Positions 40,012-57,289 of a stretch of 64,000 bases of DNA are shown one piece after another. Below the pieces are notes generated by a model. That model did no database searches. It had not been told where the DNA came from and worked only from the letters and a program-made list of their open reading frames with translations. Location: NCBI RefSeq assembly GCF_009914755.1, contig NC_060928.1, one strand, 5' to 3'. Within the stretch, counting starts at the first letter, position 1. Each line of letters begins with the position of its first letter. The position numbers were made by a program, and so were the translations under genes. The stretch comes from the human T2T-CHM13v2.0 reference genome, Homo sapiens.

Positions 40012-40044
40012 GTCAGCACCGTGGACAGCACCACGGAGCGCACC
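40012..40044 (+). promoter_or_regulatory. REST/NRSF RE1 silencer element, with a second overlapping RE1-like site
   Basis: GTCAGCACCGTGGACAGCACC (40012-40032) fits TCAGCACC-nn-GGACAG-CRCC; GACAGCACCACGGAGCGCACC (40024-40044) is a second, weaker match. Confidence 0.85.
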
Positions 40045-42250
40045 AGTGCCACAGCTTCTCATTGTGTTAGACCAATTCCCTTCTCTCTCCTTCTTCCTTT
40101 CCCTCTGCTCAGTGTTATTTATCTTTTCGCAGAAATTCTAAGTATTTACTCCCCCCAGCTTTCTTCATTGAAACCACAAAATATAATTTAATTTCATGTC
40201 ATATCAATTTAACTGCCCGTTTGGTTTTATTTTTTATTTTATAATTTTAAGCACTTAGTTGGTTTGGATCATGACTCATAAGATAAACATGCATAACACT
40301 TGACAGAAAATTCTAAACAAGTGGACTTTAATTCACCTAATAGACATCATTGAGCCCTTAACTTGTGGTACATTCTAAGGATAGATACTAAGGAAAGAGA
40401 GAGAGAAAGAGAGAGGATAGAGGGAGAGAGAGAATCTCCACTGACATCAGGGACCCTTATTATAAAGAGAAGATCAACATGTGCAGAACAGTCTATCACA
40501 CTGAGTAATCTGTGATTAGTGCTACATTAGAAAATCATTAAAGTAAATATAAATCATTTACAATTATATATTATTTAAAAATTGGTAGATTATTTCCACA
40601 TGTACTTAAAACTCATTTTAATTCTTCATAACAGCTCTGTAAGATTGACATTCTAGATAATATAGACTATTTTACAAATAAAGGAAGTTAACAGTAAAAT
40701 TAAGTAACTTTCCTCAGGTCCAAGAGTTAGTAAATAAAAGATTTATTCTTTAAATATAGGTTTTACTATCAGTATTTCCCACTGTCTTCTTTTTTATTAA
40801 ACTTTTCCCCTATAATATTTTATTCATATTTTAACTTCAAATTTATGCTGTTTATTTTATCATAAGCAGTATGCCTGCTCTTTACTAAGAACATATAAAG
40901 AGTGCTGGTGTTGGTTTGGGAACATTGGTGTAATAAAACCTACATAAACACACAAATAACAACAACAAAAAGTTTATCTTATCTTTTGAGACCATACATA
41001 CTTACATTGAACAGACACTTAATGAGGGTCCACAATGTGCCAGGCACTATGATAAGCACTAAGAACACTGACTTGAGTTAGGTAGAGATCCTCATCTTTA
41101 AGAGCTCAAATTAATATGAGGACACAATGTATATTGTCAATCTAGTATTATAGAAGTATCCACAGGAGGTCCCTAAGGAAAGATACAGCAGGGGCTCCAA
41201 TTCCGCACAGATGGCACTGTGAACTTCTATGACTCTAAAAGGGAATAACTTCTTAAATTTTGTGTCCTAAGAGTCTCATATACCTCACCCTAGTTGCAAT
41301 TCTAGTGGCAGAGGTTCCAATTCTGTTATATTGCCACCAGGGATGTAAATGTTAGGCATCAGCAGCAGTATTCAAAAAATGGTAGCTTAGAGGTGAGAGG
41401 GGTAGAATAAATAATGCAATACCTTAGGTTATGCATAGATAAACATATTGGTAATCCAAACTTCATTTTCCTATTACTTAGTCTAATTTCCTTGTCTTTT
41501 CCCTCAACCCCTTGAATAGTGCTCCTTTTTCTATGAGAGACCCACATATTTTTACCAAATATTCTGTCTTTATTGGGTTGCCATAATCTTTCATTGACCA
41601 GGACTATTGGCAAGAGAGTATTGTTACTGTAATAATTTCCCTGTGTTCCAACCATATTTCTTATTTTCTCCATTGACTAGAAGCAACTAAATTTCTCTCC
41701 AGTAAATGAAATCAAGCTTATGTTAAGCACTTTTTATGTTTGTCAGTTCAGTGGCATGAGGAGCCCAAATGTCCAGGGTATTTACTTGGCTTCTAAGTTA
41801 ATAGAAACTTGGCTATGACCCCTAAGGGAAACATTCCTTTCTTAAGAAATTCAATCACTGAAATTCAAAAGTTCCCTGAGTTATTGAGTGTAATACAGTA
41901 AGAATGGCCCGCTTTACTTCCATTACTTGGTTCCCAGGCCTCTATATTTTGATCTTGGGGAAAATAACACCACATGACAGTTATTGGTTTAAATCAAATA
42001 TTATATTATGTAAGATAGCATTTATACTGGAAGGTGTTTTCTTACATGTCATTCTATGAATAAGCTTTAAATAGTATCCTTGACAACAGGGAAGGAGGCT
42101 ATGCATAAGCTTCAGTTTTTGTTAGGTCAAATGTTTATGGTTAAAGAATTAGATACTATAAGACAAGCAAATTGCTTAGACCAAAGCCTTCTTTTACTCA
42201 TTTTTGCCATATAATGAGCTCTTTAGTTGAAAGAGATGTTATATTGGATA

Positions 42251-42929
42251 TGCTATGGATTAAATACGTTATATCTTCGCAACATGTATATATTGAATGA
42301 TGGTATTTGAAGGGGAGGCTTCAGAGGTATCTGAGTAGAAATGAGGTCATGAGGGTGTGGTTCTTATGATAAGATTAGTCTCCTTATAAGAAGAAACTTG
42401 ATAGAGTTTACTTCCTTTATCTCGTCTCTGCCATGTAAGGATACAAGGAGAAGACAGTCATTTGCACACTAGAAAGAAGGTCCTCATCGGCTGGCACAGT
42501 GGCTAACACCTGTAATCCCAGCACTTTGGGAGGCTGAGGCAGGCAGATCACGAGGTCAGGAGATCGAGACCAGCCTGGTCAACATGGTGAAACCCCGTCT
42601 CTACTAAAAATACAAAAATTAGCTGGGTGTGGTGGCACGTGCCTGCAATCCCACCTACTCAGGAGGCTGAGGCAGGATAATCACTTGAAACAGGGAGTCA
42701 AGGTTGCAGTGAGCTGAGATCATGCCACTGCACTCCTGCCTGGTGACAGAGTGAGACTCTGTCTCAACAACAACAACAACAACAACAACAAAAAAGTCCT
42801 CATCAGACATCACGTCTACTAGCTCCTTAATCTTAGAATTCTGAGCCTCCAGAACTATGAGAAATAAATGTTTGTCTTTCAAGTCACCCAGTTTATGGTA
42901 ATCTGTTATTACAGTCCAAGGTGATGAGA
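42251..42929 (+). mobile_element. MLT1A/MST-type MaLR LTR split by an Alu
   Basis: tgctatggattaaat…gaggtcatgagggtg…gcctccagaactatgagaaataaatg…agtcacccagtttatggta. Confidence 0.85.
42489..42795 (+). mobile_element. AluS (Sc/Sg-like) with (CAA)n tail
   Basis: gatcacgaggtcaggagatcgagacc; TSD aa(g/a)gtcctcatc. Confidence 0.93.
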
Positions 42930-44214
42930 ATGGCATTCTGCAAGTCCAAAAATAATGATGCTGACAGACCATGATAGGCACAAAAAATCCTTATTCAGAA
43001 TAGGTATCTATTCCCAAGAATACAAATTACTAAAACCTCAATGATGGAAGGGATCCAATGTTATCAACTAGCCAATAGGTGACTGGCTGGTTATCTCAAG
43101 AAATGGTGTTTATATCTGATCTTCAATATTAGCATCCATTCTTGTCAAGATAGACATTCTGCTATGACAATATCTGGATCAGCCTTATAGCGAAGGATAC
43201 TTTGTACATTGGCCTACAGAACAAATATCAATAGAGCTCGAGAAAGATGCTGACATCAACAGTATGAATTATCTTGTCCTAGTGAAAACTTTTCCACAGT
43301 AGATGTCCTCTCTGGGCATTTACATTGTATAGAATGTGTACTATATAAATCCAGGCTAAAAAATTATAGGAAAAAAACAGATGTTACTCATAATTTTGCC
43401 TACTAAGAGGATTTCCATTCCTCTTTAAGTTTATATCCACTTATATTAGATGCTTCTTATTACTCTTCTCATGGTCTCTTGGCCACAGCTATTTCTAGGA
43501 CTCTTTGCCTTTCACTTTACTTAAAAACTTATAACAAATGATGTATATAGGCACAGCCTAAAATCATACAACCTCATGATGGCACTGTACTCTTCGCATC
43601 TTCTAATCTCAGGTTTCTCTGTTCCTGCTGAGGTGAGAGAGATGGCTCCGTGCCCATACAACCTGGAAGTACAAGACAATTGAAATTCTGTGCCTGTAAC
43701 TTTGAGTAATGGAAGTCAATGGAGAGTGACAAAGGCTAACATCAACCAAGGCAACAGAAAATTATAGCCTCTCATCCAGCTTCGAGATAGAAGTTGGTTC
43801 ACAAATCCAAAGCCAATTGATTAAAGGCAGAGGCCAGAACCCCTTAAGAAAAGACCCTGTAATGCCATCACAAATCTATAATAAATATACTTCTAATAAC
43901 TTCACATAAAAACCTTTAACTGCCAGCAAAACAGTGCTGGGGGTTATTCATATTTTAGAGACTGTTGAATACAGAGTTTGCATACCAGTGTCCACATAAT
44001 CTGGAAGTGTCCCCATGCTCCTGTGATTAGACTGGGAACTTATGGAGGCCAAGTCCACTTTCTATTGTGTGTAATTAATCTATAAACCTAGCTTGCTAGT
44101 TTTATTTTTTGGTATCTGAATTTATAAGAGCAATATATTTAGCAGGTAACAAAAGCCTCATGTTAGTTCACTGTTTTGTAAAGCGAGAATTAGCATGGTG
44201 TATATGCATATTGG

Positions 44215-44464
44215 TTCCTAATATTGATACATGACATAGCTAATGAGACAGGATACAGGATGGAATAAGAATACAAAGTTAGAGACAGAGAGTCCTAGGG
44301 AAGTGATATGTATGTGGAAAAATGGGAATATCTCCTAATATTCATTCCTAATAATGATACATGACATGGCTGATGAGACAGGAGACTGGATGGAATAAAA
44401 ATATAAGATTGGAAACAATGAGTCCTAGGGAAGTGATACGTGTGTGAACAAATGGGAATATCTC
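44215..44464. repeat. Two-copy tandem duplication, period 130 bp
   Basis: 44215-44334 versus 44345-44464, ~85% identical by eye. Confidence 0.9.
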
Positions 44465-45149
44465 ATGTTGATGTTAATCAGAGAGAATTTATCATAGAAG
44501 AGATTCTCTACAACATGGTGAAAAGATTCAAGCTTTTGTTGTTTTTAAGAAATATGCATTTATCCTTGGTTCTAAATGATACCAATAAAATGTGCTAAAA
44601 TTATTAAAATTTGGTTGTTTATAATACATTTTGGTCTTTAATCCATCTGGAGTTGATTTTAGCATAATGTATAAGTCAGAGATAGTTTTTTTTATGGGTA
44701 CATTTTATCCAGCTGTGACTACTGAACAGACTTTTTATTCACCACTAATGTGGCACATCACTGCTGTCACATACTAAATTTTCATATATTAATAAGGATC
44801 TGTTTCTGGATCTTCCAGTTTATCCCATTGGTCATTTTTCTATTCTCTGCCTACATAAATATTAATACTATACACTCTCTTAATCTCAGCTGTATAGCAA
44901 GTACTGATGTCTTACATGTCCCCTATCCTAGTCTACCCTCTCTCTTGTGATTTTATCTGATTTTTGAATCTGTGAATCAATTTGTATTTAATTACTTCTT
45001 TAGGGTTTAATCTTCCTTAGCATTAACATGCATGTGTATCAGTTGGGTTCAATCAATAGAGAGAAATAACACAGTGAATTAAACATTACTAAAAGTTTTA
45101 AAAAAGTTTTCATTGAAAGACTCTGAAAGAAAGTGAAAATCTAAATTAC

Positions 45150-46330
45150 CTGAGAGAAGGTAGAAATGTTTTTTACAATAACAAAGTATTCCTATCAAAA
45201 TTATACAATAAGAACATAGATAACCCAATTGAAAAATGTATAAGAGACATAAAGATGCATTTCATAAAAGATAAAGCACCTGCATTTTGTATATGTTTCA
45301 AATGAACATATCTGGCACATAAGTAAAAGAGAAAGAAAATGGCTACCTTTATTAGCAAATCGATACCACAATGACATATCATTCTGCACCTATTGGATTA
45401 GCACAGTTAAAAATTACAATAAAAAGTGTTGAAGAGGATGTGGATTCACAACATCCTTTCTGATGGAAATGTAAGATAGTAGAATTGTTCTTGAAAATGG
45501 CTCAGTGTTATTTACTAAAGTTAAATTTTGTCATACTTCTGACCCAGAAAACCCACTTCTGGAGTAATACTAAAAGAGAAACCTTTACTCATGTGTAGCA
45601 AAAGACATGCAAAAGTGTTTTCCAACAGTGTTGTAATGAGTACTATGATAAATGTGATCATGATAAGCTGGTACCACAGTTGTCTATCATCAGGGGAGTG
45701 GATGAATAGACTATGGAATAGTCACACATAGAGTATTATATAAGAATCAAAGTGATAGCAATTATATTAATGAATTTTTAGTGTCATAATATAAAGAAAA
45801 AAGTAACCTTCAAAAATTACGTATTATTGGCTGGGCATGGTGGCTCAATGCCTATAATCCCAGGACTTTGGGAGGCTGAGGCTGGTAGATTGCTTGAGCT
45901 CAGGAGTTTGAGACCAGCCTGGTCAGCATGGTGAAGCCCTGTCTCTACAAAAAAATACAAAAATTACCCGGGTGCATTGGCACATGTTTGTGATTTCAGT
46001 TACTCAGGAGGCTGTGGTGGGAGGATTGCTTTAGCCTAGCAGTCAAAGCTGTAGTGAAATTTCAGAGATGGTGCCACTGCACTCCAGCTGGGTGACAGAG
46101 CAAGACCCTGTCTCAAACAAAAAACATATTACTTATAAATTTTTTAATAAATGTAAGTGTGCATGTTTTGCATTTAATGTTTAGAAATCCAGAGATGGCA
46201 GTGCATAGAAAGAAAAGCAAGGGAATGATAAATACAGTATTCTAGTATTTACAGTATTTACATCCTGTTAGTAGAAGTAGAGGTCTGAGCTTATGAATAA
46301 ACTTTGCAGTGAGATGTAAGTTATTGCAAA
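45150..46330 (+). mobile_element. Old L1M (L1ME-like) 3' region, interrupted by an Alu
   Basis: ataacccaattgaaaaatg…gacccagaaaacccacttctgg…gtggatgaatagactatggaatagtcacacatagagtattat. Confidence 0.65.
45829..46124 (+). mobile_element. AluJ
   Basis: gattgcttgagctcaggagttt, gtctctacaaaa, gagcaagaccctgtctc. Confidence 0.9.
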
Positions 46331-48388
46331 GTTTCTAGTTTGGTTTTTCCATCTTAAGTTTCTGTTTATTATATTATTAAAAATAGCCAAATACATACCT
46401 AAATCAAATTTGCAGTAAATAAAAGAATAAGCACCAAATCTAGCATAGGAATCAGGGAAAGCTTTAAGTCATAAATGTATTCTAAGTTCGCATTCACAGG
46501 ATTATAATGAAATGTCATACATAGTATGGTATTTAAGAGCATAGGATCTAGCATATTCAAAGCTTAAAATTACCACCTATTACCACCTACTTACTTCGGT
46601 AAATCACCTAACTTCTCTTGGACTTAGTTATTTTATAGGTAGTATTTTCTACCATTAATGGGAATAATACCAGTGTCAAAATGTATAAGGTTGTTGAAAG
46701 GATTACATAAATTAATACTGATAAAGTACTTGGTAAATTCTCACAGTAAGATTATAGTGAATGCAAAGTCAGTGCTAAATAATTATTTTCCATTTTTTCC
46801 TTTGTTATCTCATTTAAACATCACAATAAACCTGCAAGGTAATCCCTGTTTTACTTATGACACTTATGATGTGTTAAGATAGTTTTTTCAAGGCCTCTTG
46901 GTTTAGGATTTGAACACAGGCCTATTGAACTTTAATGAATCTCTTGAATTTTTAAAATAGCTTTCTAATATGTTAATTTGTGATGATCATCAGAACTGAT
47001 TTGGCACAGGAAAGATTAAGGCTACATTCAGATGGCTTTAACTGTAGATGCAAGATAATATCTAATATTATTTTCAGCTGGGACTGTACTATTGAAAATG
47101 CCAGGGTCACACTGAACAGATTTTATATGGTTGTGACATTTGATGTAGCAGGAGTCAGCTATACTTGTCCCAAGGAAGCTCAAGATGGACGAGTAAGTTA
47201 TTTCATTGATAGAGTACAGGACTAAACCTTTAAGATTTTGCTTAAATTCCCAGCACTTTTGGTTGTAAGCCATGTTGCCTGAGAACACTTTCCAAGAATT
47301 TGCAATTGGCTGAGACTTTTCTCCATGCCCTGCTGAGTTCTGAGAAACATGAATCAATAGTCAATTGTTCACAGTAATAAAATTCTACCTAAAAATGTTG
47401 TAAAATACAACTTAATGTGAAATGTTATATCTAGTAGAATGGAACCATTTTTAGATTTAATCTTTTTATTACCTATTGAACTGGGAGCACATACACACTT
47501 ACACATACCTTGACTCAGAGCAGCAGAAGTCAACATTTTCCCAGTCAACAGACTTCACTTTCAACAACTAATAGAAGAAAATGCCAGATTCACTCAGTCT
47601 TGTGAGCACCAAGATGAGTTTTTATAAAACTCTGTAATATCTACTTTTTTTGAAATTAGAAAGAAAATGGCCACTGCAATGGAACAAACAAAAAGCAATT
47701 TGATTCTTTAATAGACTGGGGAGTTTTAGAATGAGGAATTTCTGACCCTTCCTCAGCCTGCAACTGTCATGCCTGATTGGATGACTCTGAATTAGGCATG
47801 CTACTCAGATGAAAATGCGTATGTGGTATTTGGAGTCTCATAGGTCATCAAAAAATCTATTGTAGATGTTAGCTTACATAGAAGTAAATTTACTTCGTAA
47901 GTGCAAAACTATAGGGAGAAAAAAGGCTTTGCAGGTTGGTTCCTGGAAAGGAACCGTAGAATTCTTCTTTCCAATTTCTTCATTATGCAAAAGATGATAC
48001 AGAAAGTGGGAAATTTCTCAAATTCCTGGAGTCAGTGTATGGCAGAACCAGATCTTCTGAATCAGAATACAGTGCCTCTTCCATTTCACCAAAGTGTTTG
48101 CAAAGACTATGAACTTTCATTATCTTCTATCCCTTGGGATTGCATTCTGTGTTGTCACTTCACTTCTCACTTCCTGACAAGTGCTCTACATGGAGGAAAT
48201 TGTCTACAAATCCAATTGGCACCTTCAGGGATGTGGTACTCCACCCCTCTCACTCTGTGGCATCTTCAGCATGTCCTTTTTATTGACTTACTGCCTATAG
48301 TCAACATACATGTTCAGTTTTTCTTTTTCCTTAAATACAAACTTCTATGGGCTCGATTTCTTTCTTGTAAAGTTAGCATATCTCCCAT

Positions 48389-48712
<324 letters not shown>

Positions 48713-50379
48713 CCGTATCTCCCATATTTTTCACTTTCAACTACTAGAGTTTCCTCTTCCTTGGTTGCCAACCAGCTACCTGTCATTGCTTTTTGACTGT
48801 TGGACTTTCTTGTTTGTTTTTGTTTTGTTAGCCTGCTTGCTTGTTTTCCCTTCAGATTTCGAGCTATGTCAACAAGTGATTCCATTCTTCAGTAGTAATT
48901 TTCCCTCAATATTTCCAGCCTCACCTTCTTGAAAATGTTCCCTGAGCACATTCCCTCCTGCTAGGCTTGGATAGGAGCTGCCTTATCATCCACTACTGTC
49001 TCTGTGTTGTAAATGTTCTGTAATCACTTAACCACTTACCCATCTCCCCCATTGTACTGTGAATTACTTCAAGACAGGAATAGGATCTGTTTTCTTTACT
49101 ATTGTATTGCCTGCAAACTCTCTGGTGCATACAGATGTGTTTTCTGAATGAACCAGTTAATTTCTTTCCCTATGGAGCAGCTGGACTGGACATTTGATAG
49201 TTATGAGGCCTTATTCATTTCTTTACTGAAGATAAGAGCGCAGCCAGGCATATTCAGCTAGATCCTTGTCATGTTGTCTTTCCTGGACCATATCTGGCCG
49301 AGCTCCTCTCCCAGATGAGGTGGGTTAAAGAAAAGGTGTTGAGTTACATATGGAATGAAGTATCTTGGACTCTGGGTTAGGATGGGTATAGCACATTGAT
49401 TTCAGCAAGCTGTAGAAGTGTACTGATAGGTGATATCTTAGTGACATAATGGCTTAGAAGTCAGGTAGACTATCTAAAGAAATCCTTAACTAACAAGTGT
49501 TAAAGAGGGAAACAGAGATGAAAAGGCAATGAGGTAGAAACTAGGAATGCCATTATAGACTAAGAGTTTGAAACTGACCAATGGGAAATAGTTATCTGCC
49601 ACTGCATATTTTAGAGAATCTGAAGTTCTGGGTGTGGCAGGAGAGGGTCTTCAAGTCTCTGGCAAGGTTAGATGGCTACTTTCATTCTCTCAGTTCTTGA
49701 GTATGAAAAGTAGTTCCAATAAAATATTCCATCAGCCCCAGCTCTTTGGCTAATGTTTAATTTGGTTTTTCTCCTTTAAGGGTCGCTTCTCAATTGGGAG
49801 AAGAAACATAAAAGTATAAAGAGATAACACTGGCATTGTGTAATCTTTTGTTCCTCCCAACCCCTATTCTTCAATTCTTCATTTCAGTGTCTCCTGTATT
49901 TTCACAGGAAGATAGAGGGGAGATACGTTTCCCATTCTCTAACCTGGGATAAGTCATCACTGTTCTTCAAGAGGTCTTTGGTGTCTCACAGAGTTATTCC
50001 TTCACAAGGATAGTAAGGATCAAATAACCAACACTGCTCTTTTCAAGAGATAGAACTGTGTGTTCCATGCCTCTGCCATAGCAAAATCTGACAACTGATC
50101 TGTTTTTTTCTCTGTTCTTTATTCATCTCTCTTGAAACAAATCTCTTATATGTATAATTTCTAAAACCAACGGACTTTTCAAAATATTCACCAAATATTG
50201 TCTCTTCACGAGTTAACATTGAAGCAGCACAGAATCTGACACATAGTAGGGATCTGAAAAGAGAGAGGCTCTTTCTTCCCTTGGCTTCCAGGACATGGAA
50301 CCTATATTGAGTCTCTTCTTACTCGTCAGAGGTTTCTTTTCCATCTTTTCCTCTCATTTCAACCCCTAAATGTATGACT

Positions 50380-50671
50380 TAAGCCCCACCTTTACCAGTT
50401 ATAAGACACGACAGAGTCTCGCTATCAGTCTTATTTCTTCTCCTTGACAAAAAGATGACTACATTTCCAGTCTTTCAATGAAATTAGTATGAGGACAGAC
50501 ATATGGCAAGGCTCTGGCCAATAGACTGTAGGTAAAATTATGTGGGCTTTTTATGTTTTAGCTAAAACTCCCAGCTGGATTCTTTTCTCTCTCACCCTCT
50601 TCCATGGATGACCACGTAGAACAAGTTTTTTAAAAGGTGACATCAGACAATGGAGAAACCCGAATTCCCAA
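50380..50671 (+). mobile_element. MLT1(I/J-like) LTR fragment cut by the L1
   Basis: gactacatttccagtc…gctctggccaatagactgtagg…catcagacaatggagaaacccgaattccc. Confidence 0.55.
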
Positions 50672-50926
50672 GCTTTTCTTTCTTTTTTTTTCAGATTTTT
50701 CTTTTTTTTAATTTTATTATTATTATACTTTAAGTTTTAGGGTACATGTGCACAATGTGCAGGTTAGTTACATATGTATACATGTGCCATGCTGGTGTGC
50801 TGCACCCATTAACTCGTCATTTAGCGTTAGGTATATCTCCTAATGCTATCCCTTCCCCCTCGCCCCACCCCACAGCAGTCCCCAGAGTGTGATGTTCCCC
50901 TTCCTGTGTCCATGTGTTCTCATTGT

Positions 50927-54752
<3,826 letters not shown>

Positions 54753-54815
54753 TATGATGTTAGCTGGTTATTTTGCTCGTTAGCTGATGCAGTTTCTTCC
54801 TAGCCTCAATGGTCT

Positions 54816-55823
54816 TTACAATTTGGCATGATTTTGCAGTGGCTGGTACCAGTTGTTCCTTTCCATGTTTAGTGCTTCCTTCAGGAGCTCTTTTAGGGCA
54901 GGCCTGGTGGTGACAAAATCGGTCAGCATTTGCTTGTCTGTAAAGTATTTTATTTCTCCTTCACTTATGAAGCTTAGTTTGGCTGGATATGAAATTCTGG
55001 GTTGACAATTCTTTTCTTTAAGAATATTGAATATTGGCCCCCATTCTCTTCTGGCTTGTAGAGTTTCTGCTGAGAGTTCTGCTGTTAGTCTGATAGGCTT
55101 CCCTTTGTGGGTAACCCAACCTTTCTCTCTGGCTGCCCTTAACATTTTTTCCTTCATTTCAACTTTGGTGAATCTGACAATTATGTGTCTTGGAGTTGCT
55201 CTTCTCGAGGAGTATCTTTGTGGCGTTCTCTGTATTTCCTGAATCTGAATGTTGGCCTGCCTTGCTAGATTGGGGAAGTTCTCCTGGATAATATCCTGCA
55301 GAGTATTTTCCAACTTCGTTCCATTCTCTCCATCACTTTCAGGTACACCAATCAGACATAGATTTGGTCTTTTCAATAGTCCCATATTTCTTGGAGGCTT
55401 TGTTCATTTTTTTTTATTCTTTTTTTCTCTAAACTTCCCTTCTCACTTCATTTCATCTTCCATCGCTGATACCCTTTCTTCCAGTTGATCACATCGGCTC
55501 CTGAGGCTTCTGCATTCTTCATGTAGTTCTCTAGCCTCGGCTTTCAGCTCCATCAGCTCCTTTAAGCACTTCTCTGTATTGGTTATTCTAGTTATAAAGT
55601 CGTCTAAATTTTTTTCAAAGTTTTCAACTTCTTTGCCTTTGGTTTGAATTTCCTCCTGTAGCTTGGAGTAGTTTGATCATCTGAAGCCTTCTTCTCTCAA
55701 CTCGTCAAAGTCATTCTCTGTCCAGCTTTGTTCCATTGCTGGTGAGGAACTGCATTCCTTTGGAGGAGGAGAGGTGCTCTGCTTTTTAGAGTTTCCAGTT
55801 TTTCTGCTCTGGTTTTTCCTCAT
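54816..55823 (-). pseudogene. L1 ORF1 (RNA-binding protein), disrupted
   Basis: ATG at 55823 (caaagATGAGGAAAAACCAG); only the C-terminal 189 aa are open (RPNL…REWG…YPAKLS…NHAKL). Confidence 0.93.
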
Positions 55824-56405
55824 CTTTGTGGTTTTATCTACTTTTGGTCTTTGATGATGGTGATGTACAGATGGGTTTTTGGTGTGGATGTCCTTTCTGT
55901 TTGTTAGTTTTCCTTCTAAGAGACAGGACCCTCAGCTGCAGGTCTGTTGGAGTTTGCTAGAGGTCCACTCCAGACCCTGTTTTCCTGGGTAACAGCAGCA
56001 GTGGCTGCAGAACAGCAGATTTTCTTGAACTGCGAATGCTGCTCTCTGATCGTTCCTCTGGAAGTTTTGTCTCAGAGGAGTACCCTGTGGTGTGAGGTGT
56101 CAGTCTGCCCCTACTGGGGAGTGCCTCCCAGTTAGGCTGCTCGGGGGTCAGGGGTCAGGACCCACTTGAGGAGGCAGTCTGCCCGTTCTCAGATGTCCAG
56201 CTCAGTGCTGGGGGAACCACTGCTCTCTTCAAAGCTGTCAGACAGGGACATTTAAGTCTGCAGAGATTACTGCTGTCTTTTTATTTGTCTGTGTCCTGCC
56301 CCCAGAGGTGGAGCCTACAAAGGCAGGCAGGCCTCCTTGAGCTGTGGTGGGCTCCACCGAGTTCAACCTTCCCAGCTGCTTTGTTTATCTAAGCAAGCCT
56401 GGGCA

Positions 56406-56771
56406 ATGGTGGGTACCCCTCCTCCAGCCTCACTGCTGCCTTGCAGTTTGATCTCAGACTGCTGTGCTAGCAATCAGCGAGACTCGGTCGGCGTAGGACC
56501 CTCCAAGCCAGGTGCGGGATATAATCTCCTGGTGTGCTGTTTTTTAAGCCCATTGGAAAAGCACAGTATTTGGGTGGGAGTTACCCGATTTTCCAGTTGC
56601 TGTCTGTCACCCTTTTCTTTGACTAGGAAAGGGAACTCCCTGACCCCTTGTGCTTCCCGAGTGAGGCAATGCCTCACCCTGGTTCGGCTCATGCACGGTG
56701 CGCTGCACCCACTGTCCTGCTCCCACTGTCTGGTAGTCACTAGTGAGATCAACCCAGTACCTCAGATTTGA
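56406..56771 (+). CDS. L1 antisense ORF0 (open, 121 aa, extended form)
   Basis: MVGTPPPASLLPCSLISDCCASNQRDSVGVGPS… matches primate L1 ORF0; expression unknown. Confidence 0.6.
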   Translation: MVGTPPPASLLPCSLISDCCASNQRDSVGVGPSKPGAGYNLLVCCFLSPLEKHSIWVGVTRFSSCCLSPFSLTRKGNSLTPCASRVRQCLTLVRLMHGALHPLSCSHCLVVTSEINPVPQI

Positions 56772-57289
56772 AATGCAGAAATCACCTATCTTCTGCGGCG
56801 CTCGCGCTGGGAGCTGCAGACTGGAGCTGTTCCTATTTGGCCATCTTGGCTCCGCCTTTATCTATTTCTAATGAGCTTAGAATCTGGGGACTGTGAAGAC
56901 TGAGAATAAACATATAACATGATAATACAGTACTCACTGTGGTGAGTATTATTTTCGAGGGTACTAAGGGCAAAGCCATGGGGAGGAAAGTGGAACACAC
57001 TCTAATATGGGAATAAATGAAGGCTTCTCTGAAAAGTGGGCCAGATAAAGTGAGAGTGGGGGTCTACCACAATGAAGTTACATGGCTTAACACTTGAAGG
57101 CTTGCTTAAAATTAATCATTCCTGCTTGGAAGAGAGTTGTAAAAAAACAGATCTCATTCAATCTCTTCCCTTTTGGAAGTTCAGAATCAACTGAGACACA
57201 TTCATAGGGGTCAAACAGGGATCAAAATATTGACTTTATTCTTGATTCAGGTGGATTAGAAAATGTGGCCAGGATCTGAAGTCCATTAC

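Larger units (their letters stand above)
41690..44520. mobile_element. Highly degraded ERVL/MaLR internal sequence, mixed orientation
   Basis: ERVL-like remnants such as cagtggcatgaggagccc and gatggaagggatccaatgttatcaactagcc, and an RNase H-like WKIG..W stretch near 44400; boundaries very approximate. Confidence 0.45.
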
